From positions 40,557 through 104,556 of the IMG/VR virus record IMGVR_UViG_3300021400_001310: a stretch of DNA of 64,000 bases; one strand, 5' to 3'. The DNA is from a virus. Taxonomy: Duplodnaviria; Caudoviricetes. The notes below the pieces were generated by a model, which saw nothing but the letters and a program-made list of their open reading frames with translations, did no database searches and was not told the origin of the DNA. Positions 50,889-60,384 of this stretch are shown here, piece after piece. The translations under genes and the position numbers were made by a program. Each line of letters begins with the position of its first letter. The stretch's first letter is position 1.

Positions 50889-52040
50889 TTATTTCGTAAA
50901 ATATGTAATATCGTTTTTAATCATATTTAGAACATTAACATTATTTTTTTTGTTAATATGTTCGATTAATCGCATTATCCCCTTTTCTTCGACCATTGAA
51001 TAATAGCTTCTTAACCCTTCCATATATTGAAGACGATCTAATTCGTAATTTTTACCAGCCTTTTTATCTCTGATATAGTTTGTAAGCATAGCTTCAAACT
51101 GTCTTTTCTTTTTATAGCCAATTGTTATTTCGTTATCTCTATTAAGCATAATTCCAAGATTCCAGTTTGAACCTGATGAAGAACCGTATCTCGTCTTTGA
51201 ACAATTAATCTTAAATGGAGCGTTATATTTTTTCAGTACCTCGTTTATAATATTTTCAATTTCTTTATGGTTAAAATCGTATTTTGAAGAAATAAGAAAG
51301 TCGTCTGCGTATCTCGTATAAATATACTTTTGTTTGTTATAATCATTTAATTTATTAGACAATTCAAAGTCAATCGGAATCATCATAACGTTAGTAATTA
51401 TTGGAGATATTGGCGTACCCTGTGGCAGCCCGCCATTTAAAAAGGCTAATTCTATAGCCTTTGTCAGTTCTTCTCTTCCCTCTGAATTTTTCATCACTTC
51501 GCTTAACGGAAATATTTTAGAGAACATTTCTAATACGAAATCTAATGTAGTGCTTCCAAAAAAGTCAGATAAATCATATTTACCAAACCATTTGCTTTCA
51601 TTTGCCTGATGCTTTTTAACAGCATCTATAGTGCTTCTATGCTTAATATAGGCAAATGCTGATGTATGATATAAAAGCCTGCAATCATTTTCCAAAATAT
51701 GCTTTAAATGACGGAGGCTCGATTTTAATTCATCATTTGGAGCGTCAATTCTTCTAAACGATTTTCCACTCCTCTTCGGAATATAAAATGTATTGTATAA
51801 ATCAGCTCTATTAGAAGCTCTGAGGTAATCAGTATGCTTATTAAACAATTTAAGCTTGTTGATTATTTCGTCTACATCGACAGACGAAAGAAGTCGCTGA
51901 CTTATATTTTCTACACAATATGTTTTTGTGTTTGACGTATTAGGGGTTATCATATATGATTTTGCGTTTTCATCATTTAAAAATTCTTCTAAAGAAATCT
52001 GGTGATATTTGGGTTTTTGAAAAACAGTAAAAAAATACAT
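50889..52040 (-). CDS. Retron-type reverse transcriptase
   Basis: IPKRSG..RRIDAP, SAFAY, DAVKKH (region X-like), DLSDFF, LPQGTPISP, YTRYADD, WNLG at region Y; no maturase or fused effector. Confidence 0.9.
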   Translation of the reverse strand: MYFFTVFQKPKYHQISLEEFLNDENAKSYMITPNTSNTKTYCVENISQRLLSSVDVDEIINKLKLFNKHTDYLRASNRADLYNTFYIPKRSGKSFRRIDAPNDELKSSLRHLKHILENDCRLLYHTSAFAYIKHRSTIDAVKKHQANESKWFGKYDLSDFFGSTTLDFVLEMFSKIFPLSEVMKNSEGREELTKAIELAFLNGGLPQGTPISPIITNVMMIPIDFELSNKLNDYNKQKYIYTRYADDFLISSKYDFNHKEIENIINEVLKKYNAPFKINCSKTRYGSSSGSNWNLGIMLNRDNEITIGYKKKRQFEAMLTNYIRDKKAGKNYELDRLQYMEGLRSYYSMVEEKGIMRLIEHINKKNNVNVLNMIKNDITYFTK

Positions 52041-52054
52041 ATTATTTCCTTTCT

Positions 52055-52399
52055 CTGTGATCTATTACATAATGATAATTATTAATTTTATCTATATAAT
52101 TTTCTTTTGATGGAGGTGGCGTTGGTGATTTTTAATGGAGACAGCAGGAGTGATTGTTGTACAACCTTGATATGGATGCCAATTGCCTTCATTGGATTTG
52201 TTGGGGGACAACGTAGAAATTGGGGGTCAATCATGATCCTGCATTAGCTTCAGCTTGGACTGCAAGTTCGATTAGATGGAAGCTTGGGTTGAGTTACCAT
52301 CTTGATATGGACTATCCTTGGCTATTTCCTTACCTCTCAAAATGTAACTTCTGCGAAACGCAAGAAGCAGTTCAGAAATTTGAACTCATTGCATCACAG
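52055..52399 (-). ncRNA. Retron-like ncRNA A (immediately upstream of RT)
   Basis: 7-bp terminal IR (52055-52061/52393-52399), G at 52392, hairpin GTTCA/TGAAC, core 52348-52369. Confidence 0.8.
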
Positions 52400-52458
52400 T
52401 TTATATTTATTTAAATTAAGATATTATCCCGCCGCTTTTTGCGACGGGATGAAATTTT

Positions 52459-53133
52459 TTAGAAACAGTCAAGAACGCCGTGAAATCCGTCCATCTGACA
52501 GAATTTCCAGATGCCGTTTCCTTTTACGAAATTCACAAAGTTATTAACTCCTAATGCACAAATTAACCTTACGGTTGTGGCGACGCCAAGTGTGATACCA
52601 CAGGCAGAAACAGGAGTTTCTGCAGAAGCTTCGTCATGTGTAAATTGCATTGAGTTAAGCAGATTCTGTTTGCTCTTATAATCTTTCCAATCTGCTGCGT
52701 AATGCTGGGCAGAGGTAAGACCTGTTCTGAAATCAAATACTGCTTTTACGTTCATATTATTAAAATGTTTTTTTACAATTTCCTGACGAGTTTCAATAGA
52801 GTCAACGCAAAGGAACAGATAACCTGAAAGCATTTGTCCATTCCATCCGTCTGGTTTAAGTTTAATAGTCTGTTTTACATCCGGGTTGATATCATATAGG
52901 ATATCGAAAAGAGCCTCGACTTTGGGCTTGCCTATATCAGCTTCTCGGAACATCTGATTCGCAATATTGTGAGAGCATACCGTATCCATATCCCAGAGTA
53001 CGATATTAGTAAGACCAAATCTCACAAGGTTTTCCGCAAGTGTAGAACCTACTGAGCCGCACCCGATTATATGTATAGTGCTATTAACCAAGCTTGGCTG
53101 AAAAAATTCATAAGACTTGTTTAAATCAATCAT
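52459..53133 (-). CDS. ThiF/E1-like activating enzyme
   Basis: IIGCGSVGS, DMDTV..HNIANQ, GKPKV, CVDS, DFR, SACG. Confidence 0.9.
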   Translation of the reverse strand: MIDLNKSYEFFQPSLVNSTIHIIGCGSVGSTLAENLVRFGLTNIVLWDMDTVCSHNIANQMFREADIGKPKVEALFDILYDINPDVKQTIKLKPDGWNGQMLSGYLFLCVDSIETRQEIVKKHFNNMNVKAVFDFRTGLTSAQHYAADWKDYKSKQNLLNSMQFTHDEASAETPVSACGITLGVATTVRLICALGVNNFVNFVKGNGIWKFCQMDGFHGVLDCF

Positions 53134-54008
53134 TTCTTCGACCCCTTATCCCAAATTTTGTTATATCTTTCCTTAACTTTTAAAGCAAATCCTTCTTTGG
53201 TTTCACCTTTATTATTTGTTTTCTTGTTATTATCAGACTTATTTGTTTTATCAGAGGTTTGTTTAGCGTGCGGAGATCCATAGTAATAGCCAGAATTGTA
53301 CCCGTAATCATATGGATAAGACGGATATGACTTAGTTTTGTTTTCGTTTGCTTTTGATGTATATGTTTTCTCAACAACAAGTGATTTTGCCTCTTTTATA
53401 AAATCACCAAACTCTTCATCGATTATATCAACTTCAACATCTGATGTCTCATACATAATATTGTTTTTAAGATCGTAAATCTTAGACCAGCACTCAAGTT
53501 TCTTGTTCCATATCTGAAAGATATAAAACGAATCAGTCTGAGTTTTAAGCAGTTCAAGTATCTGAGACTGCTGTGTTGTGTCAACCGATGACGGGCTTGT
53601 GCCCATATTTACATGTGAATGTCCCTGCATTCTTATCTTATTAAATATTTCATCTTTGTCATCATCCATAAGCCACATCTGGTATTTAGACTGATCGGTA
53701 TTAACCGTGCTTCCTGTGACTTCTTGCGGATAAACCATAATATCTGTGATGATAAATTCATTAGGCTTATCGGTGCGTTCGACTACCCCGTGCCAAGCAA
53801 CCTCTTTATTAAAGTGTTTAAGTATTAAAACCATCTTTGACCAAGCAATAGTTGTGTACCAAACTTTTGCCTTATCGTCACTTTTAAACACCTTGCTGAA
53901 AGTAATTTTACCGTTAGAGTCAATCAGATCTCCGCTCATTAGAGCCTTATTAAACTCATCAATCAAATTTTTTCTTGTCTTGTCATCAATGATTATCTTA
54001 TTACTCAT
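53130..54008 (-). CDS. JAB/MPN metalloprotease (deubiquitinase-like)
   Basis: EVAW...GHSHVNMGTSPSSVD JAMM motif. Confidence 0.85.
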   Translation of the reverse strand: MSNKIIIDDKTRKNLIDEFNKALMSGDLIDSNGKITFSKVFKSDDKAKVWYTTIAWSKMVLILKHFNKEVAWHGVVERTDKPNEFIITDIMVYPQEVTGSTVNTDQSKYQMWLMDDDKDEIFNKIRMQGHSHVNMGTSPSSVDTTQQSQILELLKTQTDSFYIFQIWNKKLECWSKIYDLKNNIMYETSDVEVDIIDEEFGDFIKEAKSLVVEKTYTSKANENKTKSYPSYPYDYGYNSGYYYGSPHAKQTSDKTNKSDNNKKTNNKGETKEGFALKVKERYNKIWDKGSKK

Positions 54009-55500
54009 CTTCAGATACCTCCGCCTTAGATTTTATATATTCAATAGCTTCTTTAACAGACATTGCGTCTCCGTTTTCATTAACAATATACTTTTTTGAG
54101 TCATTGGAATAGTCTGCAAATAAATCTCTTGCGAACTCTCGAATAACAACCGAATCCCCAAAGTTCAAGCTTTGAGTAGATGCTATACAAACATTAAAAC
54201 ATTCCAGATATTTTCCGTCTCTCTTTAAACCAAAGAGTATATCCTTATAATTTCCTAAACACGCATGATAATTAAGATGAGGGTTAGGCATATGAGTACC
54301 AATATAATGCATATATGCTGTATACATATCATTAGAGTGGGTACGTGCTTCCAATTTGTTAACTTTAAAGTTAATATACCAATCGGCAATTACATTTATT
54401 TTCATAGACTGTTTTATAAACACTTCTGTATATAAAAGTTTCATATCAGAATTAAGGTTTGTATTATAATCAAATCTTTCATATCTATACAGAAGACTAT
54501 TATAGTTTTGAATCATTTTTTCAGCGAGATCGGTATCGAAATAATCGATAAATGTTTTAACATAATAGAATATTGTTGAGTCGGTTACATTATAAACTTC
54601 AACTGATTTATTTGAATTTAAGAATTCTATCCAGTCATAATCTTCAGCCGAATCCTCATTAATTCTTTTTTCAAGTCCGAAAAGTTCATCTTTAAAACGT
54701 TCAATATCTTTTAATCTTGAAGATATCTCCTCGTAGTAATAATTAACATCCCTCTGATAAGCGGTGATATTACTCTGAAGTGAATTTTTTCTTGATGTAA
54801 ACGCATAATTCCCAACAGTAACTAACATCGTGGATATCGTATTAGCAATAAATGTATTATTACGAACGAAGTTTGACAGCCATTCGTTGTAAGCGTTTAA
54901 ATCCTTGGACTGAATTATTTTTATAAACTCGGTCTCTTCTTCACTCAATTTATTCTTGTTAAAATACCACGGAAGGATTACAGGAATACAACACTGAAGT
55001 TTATGAAAATCTTCAACGTTTTTTAAATCACAAGAAATGTAAACTTTTTTGTCTGATGGTCTGATAAAACAATATATTTTAAAATCTTTTTTATAAAAAT
55101 CAGTAACCTTTTTAAGCAGAATAAAATCAGGATATTTTTTTATGAATTCCTTACCGATATATTCACAATTTGCGTCATCTGAAATATTGATCTGGATAGA
55201 AGTTATGGCATCGCTACTATTAAGGGATAAATATGTAGTCAGATATTTCATATCCGCATCTCTTGCTGGAGAAACCATCTCTGAAGTAGACAACTCATAA
55301 TCTGTTATCACTATATCAACCTTATCCGTATCAATACGTTCAAACAATAAAGCTCTTGCTGCCGATAAAAATGTTTTATCAACTAAATCGCTCTTATTGC
55401 CACTATATGCATAACCAAACGCTGAATCTTGATAAATAGAATTATTTAATACTTTAGACGCCAAACCAGACGTCAAAGCTGTGGAGTTTATTCGTCCCAT
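54001..55500 (-). CDS. Large protein with coiled coil and C-terminal prokaryotic E2-like motif
   Basis: PNPHLNYHACLGNY...SLN; position between Ubl and JAB. Confidence 0.55.
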   Translation of the reverse strand: MGRINSTALTSGLASKVLNNSIYQDSAFGYAYSGNKSDLVDKTFLSAARALLFERIDTDKVDIVITDYELSTSEMVSPARDADMKYLTTYLSLNSSDAITSIQINISDDANCEYIGKEFIKKYPDFILLKKVTDFYKKDFKIYCFIRPSDKKVYISCDLKNVEDFHKLQCCIPVILPWYFNKNKLSEEETEFIKIIQSKDLNAYNEWLSNFVRNNTFIANTISTMLVTVGNYAFTSRKNSLQSNITAYQRDVNYYYEEISSRLKDIERFKDELFGLEKRINEDSAEDYDWIEFLNSNKSVEVYNVTDSTIFYYVKTFIDYFDTDLAEKMIQNYNSLLYRYERFDYNTNLNSDMKLLYTEVFIKQSMKINVIADWYINFKVNKLEARTHSNDMYTAYMHYIGTHMPNPHLNYHACLGNYKDILFGLKRDGKYLECFNVCIASTQSLNFGDSVVIREFARDLFADYSNDSKKYIVNENGDAMSVKEAIEYIKSKAEVSEDE

Positions 55501-55527
55501 AAAAACACCTCTATATTTTTATTATCT

Positions 55528-55614
55528 TGGTGCCGGTGACCGGACTTGAACCGGTACGCTGTTGCCAGCGAGGGATTTTAAGTCCCTTGCGTCTGCCTAT
55601 TCCGCCACACCGGC
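55528..55614 (-). tRNA. tRNA-Leu(TAA)
   Basis: Arm AGGGA-CTTAAAA-TCCCT, long variable arm, CCA. Confidence 0.95.
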
Positions 55615-55673
55615 ATGCAGATAGCCGCCGTAAAACAGCTAAACGGCGGCTATTATGTAAACTTATATTATAC

Positions 55674-55904
55674 TCACGCTGCGTTATCCATCTTGACAAC
55701 ATTCAGCAGAAAACACTTTTCCTTAACACCCATCTCTTCAAATGTTTTGTCGAGATCTCCCGGCTGCAGGCTACAACCGTCGAGATTCATAGTGCCTCTT
55801 GTATAATCAATCTCGTTTTCTTCGAGAACTGATTTAAGAGTACGTTCTTCATCAACGATAACGGTGTTCTTTGTCAAATTATTACCTACAATTACTTTTA
55901 CCAT
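55674..55904 (-). CDS. Ubiquitin-like (beta-grasp) protein, 76 aa
   Basis: VKVIVG..TLKSVLE..LDG..DLDKTFEEMGV..FLLNVVKMDNAA; upstream of E2/JAB/E1. Confidence 0.7.
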   Translation of the reverse strand: MVKVIVGNNLTKNTVIVDEERTLKSVLEENEIDYTRGTMNLDGCSLQPGDLDKTFEEMGVKEKCFLLNVVKMDNAA

Positions 55905-55993
55905 GCGAATACCTCAATTCAAATTATTTTTTTTTTATTTTATTTTTTTTATTCTTGTGGGGAGCCTCGCTCCCCTATGAGATGAATTTAAAA

Positions 55994-56386
55994 TCAGTCA
56001 ACAACTGTGATTGATTCCATAAGAGCCGCTCTGTCGGCAGCGACGGATTCAATTACCGCAGGAAGCTGTTCTTCAAGCTCTTTAAGATAAGTGAGAGCAC
56101 TACCATATGTGTCGATAATCCATTTTTCGACATCTGTAATTCCGTCTGCTACAATTGTGATGGTAGCAAAGCCTTCACCTCTTGAAACTGAGGAGAATGA
56201 CGCTCCGCTATTGTTAAGAGAACCTGAACCGCTCTTTGCAAGACCGATAGCAAAGATATCTTCTTTGCCGTTCTCACCGCCCTTAAGAACTAATGCCTTG
56301 GGACGAACCTTTTTGATTTCTTCAATCTGAGAAACCTTTAATGATGACGTGATTACTACTGCATCGCCTTTAATTGTTACTTTCAT
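55994..56386 (-). CDS. Hypothetical protein heading the Ubl cassette
   Basis: ORF with AAAGGA SD. Confidence 0.6.
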   Translation of the reverse strand: MKVTIKGDAVVITSSLKVSQIEEIKKVRPKALVLKGGENGKEDIFAIGLAKSGSGSLNNSGASFSSVSRGEGFATITIVADGITDVEKWIIDTYGSALTYLKELEEQLPAVIESVAADRAALMESITVVD

Positions 56387-56518
56387 AATAAAATTTTCCT
56401 TTCATTTCAAAAAAAATATGTACTCATTTGCCTTTCGGAAACTACACCGTAGCGCTACCGGTAGAGTTATGTAGTTTCTTTGTGTCTATGACACTATATA
56501 TAAAACCCTATTGGGTGT

Positions 56519-56683
56519 TTACCAAATATCATCCGCTTCTATGCCCTTTTCTGTTAAGGACATAATATCATTCAAATCAAAGCCAAAAATTTGTTTAAAA
56601 TCCATTTCTTCGGTAGATTCAACAATTTGACATCCAAACAATTCTTCTGCGATCTGTTTTAATTTTAAAAATGTTTCATCTAT
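56519..56683 (-). CDS. Small acidic protein (ATA start, not in ORF track)
   Basis: GGAGG SD 9 nt before ATA; 54-codon ORF. Confidence 0.4.
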   Translation of the reverse strand: MDETFLKLKQIAEELFGCQIVESTEEMDFKQIFGFDLNDIMSLTEKGIEADDIW

Positions 56684-56701
56684 TAAGATATACCTCCATT
56701 C

Positions 56702-57238
56702 TTATAAATCATTGTATGGATAATTGACCATTTCTTTTTCGCCGCCTTTTGAGAAAACCGTAGGTCTGTAAATCGGCAATTTATGTTTTATAGCGAAATA
56801 CGATAACAAGTCGTCCTTTATTTCTTCTACGATTTCATCGCTGTCATGCTTTGCAAAAAACTCATCGGCATAATCAGGCGCAAGCTCCATGATTAAATCT
56901 TCAACGGCAGCCGATAATTCAATTTCACGAACTTCTCTATTCCTTTCAAATTCGGTTTCAGTTATATCGTTATCTTCTAATAAACTGAATTTTCCAGTAA
57001 GATAAATATCATAGTATAACTTGACCATTCTGCGACACTGATCACTTGTATTTACCTCGGTGTACTCTACAAGTTCTCCGTCAATACAAGCACTTAATAT
57101 TAAGTTACCGTCTTCATCTCTTTCAAAAGAAATTGAGACACCATAATCACACTCTTCGGCAATTATAATGCTTTCGCCTATTGATAATTTTTTTCTATAA
57201 TCCCATACATCGCTTGGAGATAAATTTGTTTTTTCCAA
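56702..57238 (-). CDS. Acidic hypothetical protein
   Basis: ORF. Confidence 0.55.
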   Translation of the reverse strand: MEKTNLSPSDVWDYRKKLSIGESIIIAEECDYGVSISFERDEDGNLILSACIDGELVEYTEVNTSDQCRRMVKLYYDIYLTGKFSLLEDNDITETEFERNREVREIELSAAVEDLIMELAPDYADEFFAKHDSDEIVEEIKDDLLSYFAIKHKLPIYRPTVFSKGGEKEMVNYPYNDL

Positions 57239-57243
57239 AATTA

Positions 57244-57534
57244 TTACGCCCCCTCATTGCATCTTTCTTTAAGTGCGTCGGAGGGTTCGAAATAAGGCAT
57301 CTTTCGTGCCGGAATCGGAACGGGTTCGTTTGTATGAGGATTCCTGCCGGTTCTTGCCTTACGGTCTTTTATAACCATAGAACCAAAATTCTGAATATTA
57401 ACCTTGTCTCCTCTTTTTAGAGCGTTTTCGGTACACTTCAGAATAGCATCTAAAATATAAGCAACAGATTTCTGAGTGTAAAATGTTTCCTCTGCTACTT
57501 CGTTACATAACTGTTCTTTATTCATCGCCTTCAT
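57244..57534 (-). CDS. hup: HU/IHF-family DNA-binding protein
   Basis: MNKEQL, FGSM, RKARTGRNPHT, IPARKMPYF. Confidence 0.9.
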   Translation of the reverse strand: MKAMNKEQLCNEVAEETFYTQKSVAYILDAILKCTENALKRGDKVNIQNFGSMVIKDRKARTGRNPHTNEPVPIPARKMPYFEPSDALKERCNEGA

Positions 57535-57733
57535 CCTCTCTTTTCTTAATCATTTCAGTAATATCATGCAGATGTTTACGCTTCTTTTTAATAGAACTCT
57601 TGATACTTAAAATACCAAGGAATGTAGTTTCAGGAATTAAATCAAGAATTTTATACAACTCCCGAATCTCATGAATATATCTTTTTTTTCTTTCAACCAA
57701 CTCGTTATAAGTTAAAAACTGTAAACTATCCAT
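57518..57733 (-). CDS. Hypothetical protein
   Basis: ORF with SD. Confidence 0.45.
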   Translation of the reverse strand: MDSLQFLTYNELVERKKRYIHEIRELYKILDLIPETTFLGILSIKSSIKKKRKHLHDITEMIKKREDEGDE

Positions 57734-57868
57734 TATGTATCTTCCTTTCTTTAAGCAAATATTTTAAATATCAAGATTAAATTTGAAATCAGCAAGAGAA
57801 TACTTACTAACATCAAACCATTTCGATTTATATTTCCGAATTCGTCTGTCATACAACCCACCGTCCTA

Positions 57869-58315
57869 TCAATCCATTAAATAAAATGGTTCTTCGTCTT
57901 CCCAGCAAATGAAGGAAATGGAATAATCAATCTTTATCCAGTCGTTAGGGTCTTTAGGATTTCGCCAGTTAGCATGATACTTTTCGGGCTTACCTATATA
58001 AGCAAAAATATCTCCGTTTTTATCTCGTGCAATCCATTTACGCCCACAAACCCGTGCATAGTCAAGGGCAATTTGTTCTTCTGCGGTAGGGTGAGGAATT
58101 TTGACGATTTGAGCTTCCCCAGTTAGAATCATTGTTAATATAGAATTACTACTATCTTCTAATTTTGCCCACTTCCTCAATGTTTTATAATAAGACCAGA
58201 TATTCAGTTTCTCGTCGAGCTTATACAAAAAATCATAATCACTATCCATGCGGAGTTGAAACTCTTCTTCCGGCTTAACACCGAGAAGCTCGAAAATCTG
58301 TTTTGTGTAGTCCAT
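57869..58315 (-). CDS. Hypothetical protein
   Basis: WIARDKNG...FICWEDEEP recurrent phage motif. Confidence 0.6.
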   Translation of the reverse strand: MDYTKQIFELLGVKPEEEFQLRMDSDYDFLYKLDEKLNIWSYYKTLRKWAKLEDSSNSILTMILTGEAQIVKIPHPTAEEQIALDYARVCGRKWIARDKNGDIFAYIGKPEKYHANWRNPKDPNDWIKIDYSISFICWEDEEPFYLMD

Positions 58316-58543
58316 TTTAATTCTCCTTATTCATAAATTGCGTTTGGATAACTAACCAGAGTACATTTTTTAGAGTGCATTATTTTATAACAAAAGTTCC
58401 TGCATTTGTATAATGAATCAAAATTTCTTGTAACTTTTGCCCCTGATTCTTTCACAAGAAAAACCACAGTAAACATACGTTTTGTTCTCCTTTTTATAGC
58501 TGAGTAATATAAAATTCAGGTTTCATATTAATCGTCCTTTATT

Positions 58544-60067
58544 TTAATTTCGTAACGCATCCTCAATAGGCTGATAGCGCTCTGAGTTAATCGTTTCAAG
58601 CAGACATTCATACGGATCTGTTTTTCCGCTCATAACCATTTTACAAATGTTTACGGAAAAACCACTTACCAAAACGACTCCCATATCATTTTCACGAACA
58701 GGGATTGTGTTTGTTCTGGAATCGACATTCCAAAATACAAGTTTCGGAAGCTTATACCCTGCGTACTCATATTTTTGTTTGATTATATCAAATAATTTGG
58801 ATTGAACCATAAAGCCATAATTTTGACGAGCCGCACAATCAAACTCCATGTCAGAAATTATAAGAACATTCGCAGGAATATCTTTTTGAGACATCTTGTT
58901 TTTAATCGCTGTATTTAAAATCAAGTCAAATACAGCCTCAATATTTGTATTGGCGACTTCATTATGTGCTATTGCAATAGAAAGTTTATCACGCAAACTA
59001 TCTGCCTGTCCGAAATCAACAAGCTGAGGACTTTCGGAAAATGTAATATATTTATCTTTAAACTCGCCGGAAGAACGTTCAGCAAAATAAATAGCAAGCG
59101 AATTTGCAACCTCAAGAGCGGTGACGTTACTATTTTTAACACTCCACGTCATAGAACCGGAACCATCTGCTACAACAATCGTATTGCCATTTCCCTGAAC
59201 TACATCAGGAAGTGACTTCCACATTGCCTCAATAGCGGCATCATAATCGTTCATTCTAAATCCATACTTCGTGTATTTATGGACAATATCATGGGGATAT
59301 AAAACAGATGAATTTATTTTTGCCTCACCCTTTTCAAGCTTAGACAAAAACTCTCTGCGCCTTTTTTCATCGTTTCTCAAAAAAGCATTGTTATAAATAA
59401 GATTCGCACGAGACGGTACGGTCTCATAGTTTATATCGCCCCACTGTTTTGCAGACATTTTTCTTTCTACGATATCAAGATATCCGCGAAGTCTGCTAAG
59501 TACCTTTCGATACTTACGCTCGCTGACCCCGAGATATCCTATTATCTTCTTAGCATACCGCTTTGTTTCAGACGATGATGCGTTTACTGACGGAAGCCAT
59601 TTTGCAAGCAATGAAATAGGCTTGTTATCGAGCATATTTCTAATATCATCCCTGAGCTGCTTGTCGATATACATCAAAATCATCGGGCATAGGCATGTGT
59701 CAAGGAAAATCCACATATCATCAAATCTTCCGTATTCCGCAATGAGCGGTATAACAGACGCAATAAAATTTGCATCATATTTAGCTAAATATTTCATAGC
59801 CGTTCTGAAAAGACGACGCTCTCCAAGACCGCCTCGGATATCACGGGCAAAGAAAAGCCACTTTATAGCGAGGATTTTGTCATCGAAGTATGCTTTCTTG
59901 AATCTTTCGATTATTTCTTCGTCTGAAGCTCCCCTTAAAGAAGCAACAGCGAAGTTTAAATCTAAAAGATTTTTACCAGTTGTACGATATCCCACCGCAC
60001 CATTTTCTGTGATTGATTCGTTAAAATCCTCGTGCAGTTCGTTTGTTAATGCTTCAGTAAAATTCAT
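58544..60067 (-). CDS. DUF2828 / TROVE-like plus vWA protein (Ro60-related)
   Basis: TENGA, RDIRGGLGER, AKWLPS, DGSGSM MIDAS, ISDMEFD, VFWNV, SGFS. Confidence 0.8.
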   Translation of the reverse strand: MNFTEALTNELHEDFNESITENGAVGYRTTGKNLLDLNFAVASLRGASDEEIIERFKKAYFDDKILAIKWLFFARDIRGGLGERRLFRTAMKYLAKYDANFIASVIPLIAEYGRFDDMWIFLDTCLCPMILMYIDKQLRDDIRNMLDNKPISLLAKWLPSVNASSSETKRYAKKIIGYLGVSERKYRKVLSRLRGYLDIVERKMSAKQWGDINYETVPSRANLIYNNAFLRNDEKRRREFLSKLEKGEAKINSSVLYPHDIVHKYTKYGFRMNDYDAAIEAMWKSLPDVVQGNGNTIVVADGSGSMTWSVKNSNVTALEVANSLAIYFAERSSGEFKDKYITFSESPQLVDFGQADSLRDKLSIAIAHNEVANTNIEAVFDLILNTAIKNKMSQKDIPANVLIISDMEFDCAARQNYGFMVQSKLFDIIKQKYEYAGYKLPKLVFWNVDSRTNTIPVRENDMGVVLVSGFSVNICKMVMSGKTDPYECLLETINSERYQPIEDALRN

Positions 60068-60096
60068 AGTAATAACCCCTTTCTTTATAATTACTC

Positions 60097-60304
60097 AAGA
60101 CACAAAATTATTTTTTTAATTTTCTATAATTATAATGATTAAAAATTGCTGTCCGTGTCTTAAGAGGTATACATATCAAGGCACAATTAAATAAAAACCC
60201 TATTATATTATAAAATTGCTGTCCGTTTGTGCCTTTAAAATATAAAATCAAGGCGTATTAAAAAACCAAAATCGTTAATTCTAAAAAATTGCTGTTGACG
60301 CCTT
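60097..60304 (-). repeat. Three tandem stem-loop repeats carrying ACAGCAATTTT
   Basis: Stems AAGACAC/GTGTCTT, AAGGCACAA/TTGTGCCTT, AAGGCGT/ACGCCTT, each with the motif next to the 5' strand. Confidence 0.7.
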
Positions 60305-60384
60305 TAATTATCCCACGTAACGCCCAACTTACGCTCTTTATCAGATGTTGTCTTGCAAGCCATCCGAATGGGCACTCTATATAC

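Noticed and set aside
50889-52040. RT as a DGR or group II intron enzyme
   Set aside because: No TR/VR pair with adenine-specific differences, no Avd-like gene, no maturase domain or domain V seen; motifs and flanks fit a retron.
37181-52369. The four conserved repeats as a CRISPR array
   Set aside because: Spacing is hundreds to thousands of bases with no cas operon; the Cas4-like nuclease sits in the recombination module.
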